Shown here: positions 1 to 12,700 of the stretch, one piece after another
How positions within the stretch are numbered: the first letter of the stretch is position 1
How the letters are laid out: each line of letters opens with the position of its first letter
NCBI RefSeq assembly: GCF_000142905.1
Contig: NW_013657655.1
Location: 372,001-436,000 of the forward strand
Source of the DNA: Thecamonas trahens ATCC 50062
Taxonomy: Eukaryota > Protista > Apusomonadida
DNA length: 64,000 nt
Reading direction: 5' to 3'
Position numbers and translations under genes: made by a program
Notes under the pieces: generated by a model
The model's input: only the letters and a program-made list of their open reading frames with translations
Told to the model about the DNA's origin: nothing
Database searches by the model: none

Positions 1-1653
1 TTCAGCTCCTTGCGCTGCTTGCCGGAGAGATGCGGCTGGAGGACCTCGTCGATGGAGCGGCGCTGGCCGTCGAGGGTGACGGCCTGCGGAACAGCGTCGA
101 GCAGGCGGAGCTCGCCAAACAGCTGGACGAGCTTGGGCGACGCCGAAAACTTCTTGGCCTGCATCAGCGAGGCAATAAGGCCGATGGCGGCGAGTGTGAT
201 CTCCTTCTCGCCGTCGACGTCAAAGACCTCGACCATGGCGTCGTAGCACTGGCTCGAGATGCGCTCGTTCTTCGAGTTGACGCCGCGGAGGATCCACTTG
301 ATGAGGTCGGTGGAAAAGTTAAAGTGCGGCTTGTGGATGACCAGGGTGCAGACCGAGGTGACGTAGAGCTTTGCATCGACGCGGGCGGCGGGGGAGATGG
401 CAGCCTCGTCAGCGTAGTTGACGGCACGGAACACGTCGTCCATCCGCTTGTCGAGGAGCTGCACAAAGGCCTGGTACGAGTGGACGAGGCCCTGCTCCGA
501 AGCGCGCTGTGCGGAGACAGCCTTGGACACCTTGACCGACGTCTCATGGTCCGTCAGCGTCCGAATACGATAGCCCGGCAGGATGTCCTTGTACACGGTG
601 GTGAGGCCGGCAACGGCATACCGCTGGACAACCGGATCACGGTCGCTCTGCGCGAGCTGCAGCATCTCGTCAAGTCCGTGAATGTGGCTCTCTGGCGCCT
701 CGAGCAGAAGCTGCACGCCCTCGGCAATGTCGCGCTTGCGCTTGGCAAGAAGCCGGTTGCGCTTGTGGCGAGCGGCAGCCTCCGAGAGAACCTTGGTCTT
801 CTCGCCGGCCTGGTCGTCGTTGTCGCCTTGGAGCGAGCCATCACCGCTCTCGCTCTCGGACGCCTCCTCCATGGCCTCGGGCTCCAGCGCGTACATCGAC
901 GGCTGGGCCTCGACGTCAACCAGCTTCCCTGATCGGGTCACGGTCGGCAGTTTGCCCTTCTCGGACGGCTGGGCCCACGAGGTGGCGCGGCGGATGCCGA
1001 TGTCGCCAAGATCGTCGTCGTCGGCGGTGGCGGCTGTGCCCACAGCGGCAGCATGATTCGACACAGCATCGGCCGAGTCCGACTCGGACTCGCCGTCATC
1101 AAACACCTCGCCGGTGGCGCGGAGGAGCGAGCGCATGGCGCTGACGTTGACGTCGGTGAGCATGTCGTCGTCGCTCGAGTCGTCGTCGCTCTGTGCGCCT
1201 GTAGCTCCACGTTCGAAATCGGTGTCGTCCAGCACCATCATCTTGTTCTTCTTACGCTTCTTGAGCTTGAGATCCATCTTCCGAGCTTGCTTCTCCTTGC
1301 GCTTCTTCTGCGCTGCCGTCATGTCTTTGCGCACCATTCTCCGGATCTTCATGCTCGGCTTGGCTCCACCGAGCGAGCGGAGGAGCGGATGCTGATCGGG
1401 AGCAAGCTCCTTGTTCCGAATCATCCTCTGCTTCTTTTCCTGCTGCACCTTTCGTGCCGGACGAGGCAGAGCATGCGTTCTTGCCGCCTTGGTCGCCTTC
1501 TTATTCCTCACCTTGAGCGAGGCCTGCCGCTTCTTGGCCGCCACACGACCCTTGGAGCCGCCCTGTGTGGAACGTTGGAGGTGAGTGTGAACATGGCAGG
1601 GGAAACGGGATAAGGAGGGGAGGGGAGGGGGGAGCGAGGAGGAGGCGTACCAT
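1..1653 (-). CDS. NOC3: Nucleolar complex protein 3 (NOC3/NOC3L); 3' part runs off the window
   Basis: Not in the ORF track. Manual translation: ATG (1653-1651), intron 1650-1563 (GTACGC...CACAG), then MGGSKGRVAAKKRQ... open to base 1. Contains NOC3-type VYKDILPGYRIRTLTDHETSVKVSK and KPHFNFSTD. Confidence 0.85.
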
Positions 1654-2984
1654 GTGATCAGTGGATGGGTGGAAGAGAGTGGGGTGGAGGTGGAGGAGGC
1701 CGGCAGGGGGGAGGGAGTGGGAGCGAGGATGAGGGAGGATGAGTGGATGGATGGGTGGGAGTTTCAGGGGAGGGGGGGGGGGGGGGGTTGATGGTGGGGA
1801 TGAAGGCATGCGATAAAAGCGTGCGATGGGCGCGGGATGGGGATGGGTTTGGCGTTGGTGAGGAGAAGGAGGGGGAAAGAGTGGGGGGAGGAGGAGGGGA
1901 GGGGGAGGGGGGGGGAGGGGAACTTCGATCATCGTCTACATGGATGGGGGGAGGGAGGTAGGAGAGGGAGATCGGATCGGGAGATCACGACAAGATGGTC
2001 TAGATTAAGTGAGTGGTAATCATTGTTTCACTCCCACTGTATTACGAGGGTGGGGGTGGGAAGGAGATATACCGGCTTGGAGATGGCAAGACATGAGCAT
2101 GGTGTGGGAGGGCTGGCCGGTAAAGATATCCCGCAAAGAAAAAATGAGCCCGTAGCCCGAATCTCTCCTGCCACGCTCATGCCCTCGGTCTTTGCAGCCA
2201 CGTCGCAGACACACAACCAAGTGGCCGTGTGCTATGCATGGGCACCATTGCATGCCGGTGTAAGCGGGGTGCCGACATGGTGGTGGCACTCGGGCTGGCG
2301 GGGGTGCCTGTGTTTGTGGCGACGATGGCTGGTACTGCTGTTTTTTCGGGCGGATCGACACAGCAGATGGGGGGGTGGGAGCATAGACTCCTCCGAAAGG
2401 AAGCCTGATCATGCGGTACAGCAACTACTCGATTTCGACGAGCACGATGACTGCGGCTGGTGTGGTGGTGGTAGCGAGTGAGAGAAACACGTCGCTGGTG
2501 TTGCTCCTCCTGTGTATTGGATCTGCGCGGCTGAGGAGATGGCGATGCTTCCTATTTGTCTTGTCGGCCACGTTCTCAGCCTGGGACGGGTTCAACCTCA
2601 CGCCGCGGATCGTCGCCTCGGCTCTCGGCTCGGACCACAAGCTGCTGGTTGTCGGGCCGAGTGCGGGCAGCGATACAGCGGCACAAAGTGGGTGTCAAAG
2701 CGGATGACGAGAGGATGGAATGATCGGTTCAGTTTGGGCCGCTATGATAATGGTTGCTTCGGTCGATCGCCACACTAAGGCAGCCGGTGGCACTCGCCTC
2801 CCTCCGCCGCCAGGACGGCTCCCCAGGTCAACCGTGGCTCGGCAGCCGGCAGCCATCCATCCATCCAAGGCGAGTAGCCAGCGAGGAGGGAGGAGGGCGG
2901 GTGACAGGGCACCACTCGACGCCAGCGATTGCAAGCGGCAACGAGCAGAGGTAGTTGAGGCAGAGTACCTCAGAAGACGGACGT

Positions 2985-5900
2985 ATGGCAGGCGGCAAGA
3001 AGGGTGGCAAGCGGAATAAGGGCGGAAGACGGCGAAGCCATACTTGAGCCACAGCCAACACAACCAACACAAACGCCCAGAGGAGGAGGAGGAGGAGAAG
3101 GAGGAGTTTGAGGCGGCGGCGGCGGCGGTGGACGATAGCTCGCGGGTCGAGGTTCCTGAGTCGTATGAGTTCCAGCTGGCAGAGGACTTTGAGGATGAGG
3201 ACATCTCGTCCGATGGCGCTTTTGACTCGGATGACTTTGAAAAGTTCGGAGACCTCGGCGTGCCGGCCGCACGCAAGTCGGCCACGGGCCGCCGCCGCAG
3301 GCTCCGGGCCAACGACATCCGTGACGATGACTTTGATGAGAGCGAGCGCCACATGCTGATGGATCTTTCCGATATGTTTGGTCCGCAGGAGCCGGCTGCC
3401 GCGCCGGCAAAGTCCTCGCGCAAGGCTCGGCGTGAGGCCTCGGCCTCAGCCTCAGCCTCGGGCTCGGGCTCGGAGTCGGCATCGAGCTCAGGCTCGGCAG
3501 ACATGCTCTCGGTCGCGTCGGACGACGATGAGTCCGGCTCAGACTCGGGCTCGGGCGGGCTGGCGGCGCGGATCGCGACTCTGGGCAAGCGCGAGGCGCG
3601 CAAGACGCGGCACGCCAAGGTTCTTGTCGACGTGGCCGAGGCATCCGAGTACGGGCTGGGTAATGCCGAGGGAGTGACGCTGGAAGACCTGACGGCGCCG
3701 CTCTCCGGGACCAAGACACTCAACCGGCAGCTCCATGCGCTGCAGTCCGAGAAGGACAAGGTGGCGGCGCCGCTCGACGAGCGTGTGGTGGACAAGATCG
3801 AGCGGAGCGTGAGCTACAAGGAAACGGCTGCGCGAGTCTCGCGGTGGCAGCCGGTCGTCCGGCGCAACCGGCGGGCCGAGACGCTGGACCTCACGCAGGA
3901 GCTGGCGCAGTTCAAGTCGCGGACGGCCGAGTCGCTCGTCGAGCCGAACAAGGGCGCGTCAAAGAACGCGCTCGAGGCGGAGATCAACAAGCTGCTCAAG
4001 GCCAACGACGTGCGGACGGAGGACGGCGTGCTCCGTGGCGAGGAGCTTGAGCTCCGCAAGGTCAGCAAGGAGGCCGAGGAGCAGCAGCACGCTATCCTCG
4101 CCAAGATGCGCTCCCTGATGTTCTTCCAGGAGGCCAAGAACAAGCGGGTGAAGAAGATCAAGTCAAAGGCGTACCGGAAGATCCTCAAGAAGCGGCGCGA
4201 GAAGGAAAAGGCGGCGCTTCTGGAGGAGCTGATGAAGCTCGATCCGGAGCTTGCGCAGCAGGAGCAGCTCAAGCTGGAGCGCAAGCGGGCGCTCGAACGC
4301 ATGTCGCTGCGCAACAAGAACAAGTCTGCGTGGGTCAAGCGCCAGCTGAAGAACACCGCTGGTGTCCGCGAGGCCGCCACCCGCCAGGCTGTCCGCGACC
4401 AGCTCACCATGGGCGCCGAGCTGAGCAAGCGGATGGCCGGCCTCGGCTCGGGCTCGGACTCGGACTCGGACGCGCCTCGCATGAAGCTCGGAGGCGATGA
4501 GTCGGGCTCAGAGTCTGAGGTTGCCGTCGGCGAGCTGGGACGATCGCAGACGCGCGAGGAAGTGCTCGAGTCGGCCGTGGGCAAGCTGCGGACGCTTGGT
4601 TCGGTCAACGCCGGCGACGCGCTCGCCGAGCTCGAGGCCGAGGCCGAGTCTGGCGGCAAGAAGGGGCTGTTCCAGATGAAGTTCATGAAGAAGGCCTTCA
4701 TCCGCAAGCACCAGGAGACCGAGGCCGCGGCCAAGGAGGTGCTCGCAGAGCTGGAAGCCCAGCTGGAGAACAATGACGACGACTCTGACGACGAGGTGCT
4801 CGGCGGACGCGGTCAGCTCGCCGGTGCGGTCCGCAAGAACAAGGTCCGCTTTGCCGGGCGGTCCGCCCAGCTCGCCGAGGTGGCGACGGCGAGCGGCGCG
4901 TCTAAGAGCCAGACAGCTGGCGACGTGGCTGTCGACCTTGACGGCGTCGGCGGCAAGCCGATGCAACTTGCCATGGCGCAGTCGGGCGCCACCAAGAGTG
5001 CCAAGGACGGCTCGCTCAACAAGCGCGACGCCGCGGCCGAGGCCCGCGCCAAGCTCGAGGCTGATCTCGCAGCCGAGCGCGCCTTTGACCGCGCCGTGGC
5101 ACAGCAGGAGGCCGCGGCAGAGGCCGCCGGCGCAGGCTCTGGATCCGGCGACAACGCCGGCGGTGCCAACCCGTGGCTTGTGGCAAGCTCGGACATGAAG
5201 CGGGCGCAGCGGAAGAAGCGCACGATGGACAAGGTTGGCAAGCAGCTGGCGGCGGCGCGCGAGGCTGGTGGTGGCGGAAGCCGCACTCAGTCGGTCCTCG
5301 ACGCCGAGGGCGCCGGCGACGAGCCGGTTCTCGCGGCCGCGGCCGCGGCAGCTGCCGCCGCCGAGGGCTCGGACGATGAAGCCGGCGGTGCGGCCGGAGG
5401 CCAGTTCCGGCTCACGACCGGCAAGGGCGGTAAGGGCGGCGAGCGGCAGGCGGCGCTTGTGGCCGAGGCCTTTGCCGACGACGATGTGATGGACGAGTTC
5501 CGTGCCGAGAAGGAGTCGCTCGTCGACGAGCAGACCGGCATGACCAAGTACGCTGGCCTCGCTGACGCGCTCGGCCTTGCCGAGAACAAGCCCGGATGGG
5601 GCGGCTGGGTCGGCAAGAACATGAAGCCGATGGAGGCAAAGGCCGACAAGAAGAAGCGGAAGAAGCGCAAGGGCAAGGCACCGCCCAAGTCGCGAGCCAA
5701 GCGCAAGCGCGATGCGCAGCTCGACGCGCTCAAGGCCGCCCACGAGGCCGAGCGCAAGGCCAAGCGGGCCAAGCGGCGCGATACCGGGCTCGACAACGTG
5801 TTTATTTCGGAGAAGAAGGACAAGAAGGTCCTGGCGTACCAGGCCGCGCTCCTCCCGCACGCCTTTGAGTCCAAGCTTGTGTACGACGCTGCGCTGCGGA

Positions 5901-6079
5901 TGCCGCTCGGCAAGGACTGGAACTCGACGTCGGGCCACAAGATGCTCACCAAGCCGGAGCTCATCACCAAGATGGGTGTCATGATCAAGCCCATGACCAT
6001 GACCAAGTCGATGAAACAGCAGCGCAAGCGTCGCGGTCTGTATGCGCCCAAGAACCGCGGCGGAAAAGACAACGAGTAA
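2985..6079 (+). CDS. UTP14: U3 snoRNA-associated protein 14 (SSU processome)
   Basis: ORF 3044..6079 has WQPVVRRNRRAE, KRVKKIKSKAYRKILKK, NPW, PGWGGW and RMPLGKDWN. Start uncertain: ATG 2985 joins in frame only via a putative intron 3004-3080 with a weak GTGGCA donor. Confidence 0.9.
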
Positions 6080-6294
6080 AGCCGTCTACACTCCCCATGC
6101 CTTCGCCGATCGCCAAGCATGTGCCGACTGCCGACCTGCGACAAGACGGTCAGCCGCCCGCGGCCTCTTGTCCGCCGCCAGCCGCCCGGGGACCGTGGCA
6201 CTCGACGTGGTCTGGCGTGTGCGTAGGTAGCCCCTACCTCCCCTCACCACCTTCCCTTCCTTCCCCCTCCAACCACCACCACCACCCCGCCGCC

Positions 6295-9200
6295 ATGGCC
6301 ATGGCCCCGTCCTCGACCCGTCCTTCGGACTGGTCAGTCGACCAGGTGTGCGCATGGCTGGCAACAAAGGGTTACGGCTCGCTGCAGGTACGGACAAGCC
6401 CCCCCCCCCACCGCACACACACACCCACACACACACCCACATACACACATACATACATACATACACTATGTGTATCTCTCCCCATCCCCTCCCCCCCCCC
6501 CCCTGTCCCCCCCTCCCCCTCCCCCCTCCCCCCCTCCCTCCCTCCTCCCTTCAATCCTTGCCATGATAGTGGATATTGGTCTGGCTGGGTCACCTCCTGG
6601 GTCACCTCCCCCCCGCTCGCCCTCCGCCTCTCCCCCGTCCCCCTCTCCCCNNNNNNNNNNNNNNNNNNNNNNNNNNNNNNNNNNNNNNNNNNNNNNNNNN
6701 NNNNNNNNNNNNNNNNNNNNNNNNNNNNNNNNNNNNNNNNNNNNNNNNNNNNNNNNNNNNNNNNNNNNNNNNNNNNNNNNNNNNNNNNNNNNNNNNNNNN
6801 NNNNNNNNNNNNNNNNNNNNNNNNNNNNNNNNNNNNNNNNNNNNNNNNNNNNNNNNNNNNNNNNNNNNNNNNNNNNNNNNNNNNNNNNNNNNNNNNNNNN
6901 NNNNNNNNNNNNNNNNNNNNNNNNNNNNNNNNNNNNNNNNNNNNNNNNNNNNNNNNNNNNNNNNNNNNNNNNNNNNNNNNNNNNNNNNNNNNNNNNNNNN
7001 NNNNNNNNNNNNNNNNNNNNNNNNNNNNNNNNNNNNNNNNNNNNNNNNNNNNNNNNNNNNNNNNNNNNNNNNNCCCCCCCCCCCCCCCTCCCTGATCATC
7101 ATCGGTGGTGGAAGGAATCGGTGGGTGGTGGAAGGGAAATGGAGGGGCCTGGCCCCAAGAGCGAGGTCGGGACGCCCCTGTCTGCTCCTTGACAGGTACA
7201 GTGGCGATGGCGCTGCGGCTGGCGGCTGGCGGCTACGCACCAGAGCTGATGGTGCATGTTGCTATTGTCACTCACCAGTCCGGGCCGCAGAGAGTCTTCA
7301 TCATCCACAACATCGCAGGAACAGAACTGGCTACGCTCGACTCGCCCAATCTGCTCGTACTCGGCGTGTCGTCCGCTGCGACACGCAAGGCGCTCCTGGC
7401 CGATATTGCCGTCCTTTTCCGCCTCGATGAGGCTGACCGCAGCAGAGCGTCAATGGTTGCAGTGGCTAGCGATGGCGGAAGCTCCGGTGGTGGCAGCGGG
7501 AGCGGCATGGCACGAGCGTCGTCGTCCGAGGCGATTTCGGAGGCCGACGGCGCCGGTGACGAGCTTGTCTCGGCGCCGGGCCTCTCGTCCAACGTCCGCC
7601 GGCGGCTGATTGGCCGCCGCGACTCCTCGCCGCCAGTGATGGGTGCTGGCGGCGACGCGCCGCTGCTGCACGAGATCGACTTTCAGTCGGACATCGACGT
7701 TGTCCGCTCGGGCTGGCTGGCCAAGAAGAAGAGCTCCGGTGGCATGCTGCGCAACTGGGACAAGCGGTTCTTTCTCCTCAAGTCAGGAGTCCTCTACTAC
7801 GCCAAGTCGGACAAGGCCCGGGTGCCTGTCGGCTCGATTCAGCTCGACGGGCGGGTGGTGGTTCGCGGCAAAGGCAAGTCGCGCGACATTGTGCTGACGC
7901 ACGCGCAGAAGCGGACGTACATCCTGCGCGCTGACTCGGTTGCCGAGGCCATCCAGTGGATCAACGACATCCACGCCCACTCGGCGGCGCAAAGCAAGGG
8001 CGAGTCGCTGCTCAACTCGAGCTCGCCGAACCTCACACGCCGCGTAGACTCGGAAGGCTCAGTCGGCCAGGGTCTCTCGCACTCGTCGTCAACTCCGACG
8101 CTCGCCGAGCTCGCCATGCCGCCGTCGGTTGTCCGCATGATCTCGCAGGGCAAGCTGCCTGAGGACATCGGCGTCTACATCCGCGACGGGTCAGTCAAGA
8201 TTGCCGAGGGCCGCTCCGGGGGCTCCGGTAAGAGCCGCCACATGTTCCTCTTCTCCAACGCCCTCGTCTACGCCTCGCCGACCGGCAAGAAAGACTACAA
8301 GGTCCGCGGCATGCTCGACCTCTCGGGCGTCTCGGTCTGTGACATCCCGGCCGTCGAGACCCACACCTTTCACTTTTGCATCATCTGCGACAAGGGCCGC
8401 TTCATTGTCGAAACCGAGACGCTCGACGCCAAGATCGAGTGGATGACCGACATCTTTGAGGCCTCGGAGATCCTCAACAACGGCTTCCTCGCCCTCGACG
8501 ATGAGGCCGGGCCCGTCAACGTTCTCAACGCTTCGCTCTCGCCGGCTGTTGCCGTTCCACGCCCGTCGCTGCCGTCACCGTTGCCGTCGCGCCCGTCACC
8601 GCTCGCCCGCCAGGCCACCGGTGGCTCGTCGTCGCAGCCGTCGTCGCCGGCGTCTGCATCGCCGCCGCCGCGCAAGGCACAGCCAGACTCGACGCCGACA
8701 TCGTCGCCGACCCCGTCGCCCAAGTCATCGAAAAAGGCCGAGCGCGAGCTGCGCAAGGAGCGAATGATGTCGATGCGATCCATGGTCTGTCTCGACAAGT
8801 CGTTTCCCAAGCCGCCGATGCCCAACTGCGTCCGCCTCGGAACGTACAACGTCCAGCCGGACCCGACGGCCAAGTCGTCTCTCGCCTCCAAGTGGTCCGA
8901 GCGCCGCGCGCTCTTTGCCACCTCGGTCCGATTCCACTCGCCCGACGTCCTCGCCATGCAGAACATCTCGCTCGCCAAGGCCTCGGAGCTCCTCGGCAAA
9001 ATGTCCGACTACGCCATGATGGACGGGGCGTCGGAGCACTTTGAGGCCGAAGGCGTCGACCGTGCCGCAGTCCCGGGCTCAAACACGCGCCCGTTCCTGC
9101 CCATCTTCTACTTTCGCTGGCGGCTGCAGCTCGCCGACTCGGGCAACTACTTCCTCTCACCCAAGCCGTCCGCAAAGCTCGATGCCGACCTGCCCATCGA

Positions 9201-9768
9201 CCAGGACGTGCTTCTCCTCCGCAACGCGGCGATAGCAAGCGAAAACCTCCCCTCGCGCTCGCCAACCGCACCCTACGTTTGGGTCACGTGGGGCCTCTTC
9301 CAGGACGTCTTTACCGAGGCTGCCTTTTACGTCTTCACATGCGACCTCACGCCCGCGTGCGAGACGCCCGAATCGCGCGCCGCGCACGTCGCCGCCCTCC
9401 ATCGCACCATCGGCGCCCGTGTCGGGAACACGCCGTTTGTCCTCGCCCTTTCGGGCTTCCTCACGCCGCCGCCGGCCGAGCCGCTCCTCGACGGTATGCT
9501 TGCGCCGTTTGGCGACGGCGGCTCCATCGCCCTGCACTCGATGGCCGAGCTCGACGTGCCGCCGAGCCACGAGCACGTCGGTGCCGAGGCCACCTTTACT
9601 GCGCCCACCGGCGAGACCATGGTCCTCGATCACATCCTCTACCGTTCTGGTGCCGTCGAGGTGCTCTTGTCGGGCGTGACCGAGGACGTGTTCATCTCTG
9701 GTGCGCGCCCGGCGCTGCACTCGCTCGTCCTCGCCGATCTCATCATCGACATGAGCGGAGCCGAGTAA
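6295..9768 (+). CDS. SAM + two PH domains + C-terminal degenerate EEP (endonuclease/exonuclease/phosphatase) domain
   Basis: Exon 6295-6387 (WSVDQVCAWL, start of SAM), intron 6388-7290 (GTACGG...GCAG, spans a gap), then RVFIIHNIAGTEL...LGV (rest of SAM). PH1 is RSGWLAKK...NWDKRFFLL...WINDI; PH2 is RHMFLFSN...KIEWMTDI; EEP is RLGTYNV...PDVLAMQ...LDHILY. Confidence 0.8.
6651..7073. other. Assembly gap (N run)
   Basis: Run of N flanked by poly-C. Confidence 1.
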
Positions 9769-9786
9769 ACGCGAGCCGCTGCCGCG

Positions 9787-12700
9787 TCACCCGTTCACCC
9801 GAAAGGCAACGCGGACTTTCTCGGCCATTGGTCGCCGGTTAAGCGTCATCCGCCACTCGGCGCGGTCCTTGGGTGAGTCGTGGATGTCCTTGGACTCGAG
9901 GAGGATGCCGCGGGTGGGGATGGTGCGGAGAAAGGCGCCCACCAGGAGCGTGCCAGCGCCGAGAACAAGGCATGATGCCCATTGCAGCGGGCCAAGCGGC
10001 TCAGTCTTGGTCCACGACCCGCCGATGGTCACAATGGCGCCCTGCACAGCGCCGGAAAAGAGAAGAACGGCCCAAAAGTAGTAGTTCCGGCCGAGGCCCG
10101 AGACCACGTTCTGCTGCTGGAAGACCGAGCGGACGTTGAAGAAGTTGAACAAGGTCATCATGACATGGGCGTTGAAGACGAGGGTAAAGTGCTTGCGGCG
10201 GTAGCGCTCGACGGTGAAGAAGGCCGGCCCGATAAAGAGGACGAGGAGGAGCATGAGCAGCTGGTACGCGGCCTGGCCAAAAATGTGCATCATCATGACC
10301 CGGGTGACAACGTTCTCTGACGAAGAGACCGGCTTGGTCTTGCGCAACAGGTCCGGCGACGGCGAGTCCGAGGCGAGAGCAATGGCTGCAAAGGTGTCCA
10401 TGATGAGATTGACCCAGAGGAGGCCGACGGGGGAGATCGGTGGCTCGCCGCGCGAGTTGGTCACAGAGCCGATGATGGTGATGAGGACGGTAACGACGTT
10501 GCAGGTAAACTGGAACTGAAGGAACTTGCGGATGGAGGAGAAGACGTTGCGGCCCCAGCGGATGGTGTTGACGATAGACCCAAAGTCGTCCGAGAGTAGC
10601 ACAATGTCGGCGGCCTCGCGGGCAACGCCCGAGCCGGAGACGCCCATGGCAAAGCCCACATCGGCGGCGATGAGCGAGCGCCGGTCGGCGAGGTCGCCGC
10701 CTGTGACGGCGACGACAGCACCAAAGTCTGACTGCAGCTGCGAGATGATGCGGAGCTTGTCGTCGGGCGTGGCCCTGGCGAGGATGGTGAGCGTCGGTAC
10801 CATGCTTTTGAGCTCATCATTGGTCATCTTGTTGTACTCGAACGAGTCCATGGCGAGGTGGTACTCGGGGTTGTAAATGCTGATTTTGCGGGCAAGCGTG
10901 ATGGCGCGTGGAAGCGACTCACCGGTGACAAGCCGGACCATGACGCCGGCCTGCTGGGCAGCGCGGATCTCGCCGCGAACTGAAGGCAAGAGCGAGTCGG
11001 AAATGCCGACAATGCCGAGGCAGACCATCTCGGTGACGTCGGCGTCGGCGACGTCGGGCGGCGGGCGAAACCCGATGTCCTTGTACGCGAGTGTGAGGAC
11101 TCGCCGCCCTGCGTGGGTCCACGCCTTGATCATCTTGCGGAGCTTGTGCTGGAACGGCACAATGTTGACGACCTCGCCGTTCTCGTCGACGATGCGTGTG
11201 CAAAATCCAAGCAGGAGCTCGGCCGCGCCCTTAACGTACAGCCGGTACCGCTCGTCGCCGCGGAGCGACGCGTGGCCGTAGGAATCGGACGAGCGCGAGT
11301 CCGAGAACAGGCTCGGCCTCCCGGTCCGAAAAGCTGACGAGAGCGGAGCGTCGAGGCGGAGGAGAACGGCGGACCACTTGGCGACCGGGTCAAAGGGAAA
11401 AGTGGCGACAGTATGCCCATGGTAAGCGTGGCGCAACTCCTCATACGTGCCAAACTTGGACGAGAGCGCGGTGCCAAACTTGAGCAGCGAGATCTCGGTC
11501 TCGTTACCGTAGTACTTGCGCGTCACGCCATCGGCGCCGACAATCAGGTCGTCGTCGTCTTCGGCGAGAATGTCAATGTCGGGCGCGATGATGGCGGCGC
11601 GCGAGTTGAGAAAGAGCGAGTGCTGGAGGAGGCCGAGGACCGAGTCTGCCATGGCGTCCTCGTCGGGCTCCAGCGAGAGCTGGCCCCAGGGGCGAGCGAG
11701 CGAGGAAAAGTCATAGTCTTGATAGTCGGCAATGGCAAACTGCTTGCCGGCGATGTAGCCTTGGTCTAGGATCATGTGGTTGACGGTGACGGCACCCGTG
11801 AGGTCGATGACCACCTCTGAGCACCGGCCCATGGTCTCGACTGACGATAGGTTGCGTACCATGTTGTGCTCGCCGACCATGCGGATGATGGAAAAGGCGA
11901 TGGCGAGAGTGACCGAGAATGGCAGGCCTTCCGGGACCGATACAACGGTGAGCGTAAGGCCGGTGAGGATGTACTCGGTCATGCGCTCAATGGCCTCGTT
12001 GTCGATCGAGTCACCCTTGACCACGCGAGTAATGAGATACTTGGCCGAGAGAACCGAGACGAGAACAACCGCGATGGCGAGGCCAAGCTTACCGACCTGC
12101 TTGCCAAGGTTGGCGAGCTTGTTCTGGAGCGAGGTGTGCTCGTCGACGGAGCGGCGGGCGTCGCGGGCGCGCTTGCGAGCGAGGTACGTGCTGTCGCCGA
12201 CAGCGACGACAACCATGACGACTCTACCCTCCGCCACGTGCGAGCCGCGCATGATGAACGGATCGTGGCTGTACGACTTGCGGACGTCGTCGGCCTCGCC
12301 GGTCACCTCGAGCTCGTTCATCTTGCAAGGATCGCCGAGGAGGAGGCCATCGGCAGGGACGACGGCGCCGCGAAAGACGTGAACAATGTCGCCGACAACC
12401 AGGTCATTGGCTGGGACCTGCTGGATGTCCAGCGACGAGGCACGAAGAACGGTGACTTCCTCGTTCTGGAGAGCGGCAGCGAGCTCGGCAAACTGGTGAT
12501 CCTTATAGTTCTCGTTGATGGCGGTGAAGATGATGATGATGGTGACGGCAATGAGAATAGAGGTGCCCTCTACATAGCCGGCGCCTCCGGTGTCAGCAGC
12601 AAACTCGGAGATGGAGACGCCGAGCGAGAGCGAGAGGAAGGCGGTGATGATGAGCATGATGAGGGTAAAGTCGTTGGCGGCCGAGAGCATGAAATGGACA

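Noticed and set aside
30-1613. Plus-strand ORFs 30..932 and 1053..1613
   Set aside because: Antisense shadows of NOC3. High GC3 produces many such ORFs throughout the window.
2020-2960. Small ORFs between NOC3 and UTP14
   Set aside because: No recognisable domain or consistent codon bias.
6097-7430. ORFs spanning the N gap
   Set aside because: Artefacts of unknown bases. Only the SAM exon 6295-6387 and the exon from 7291 are supported.
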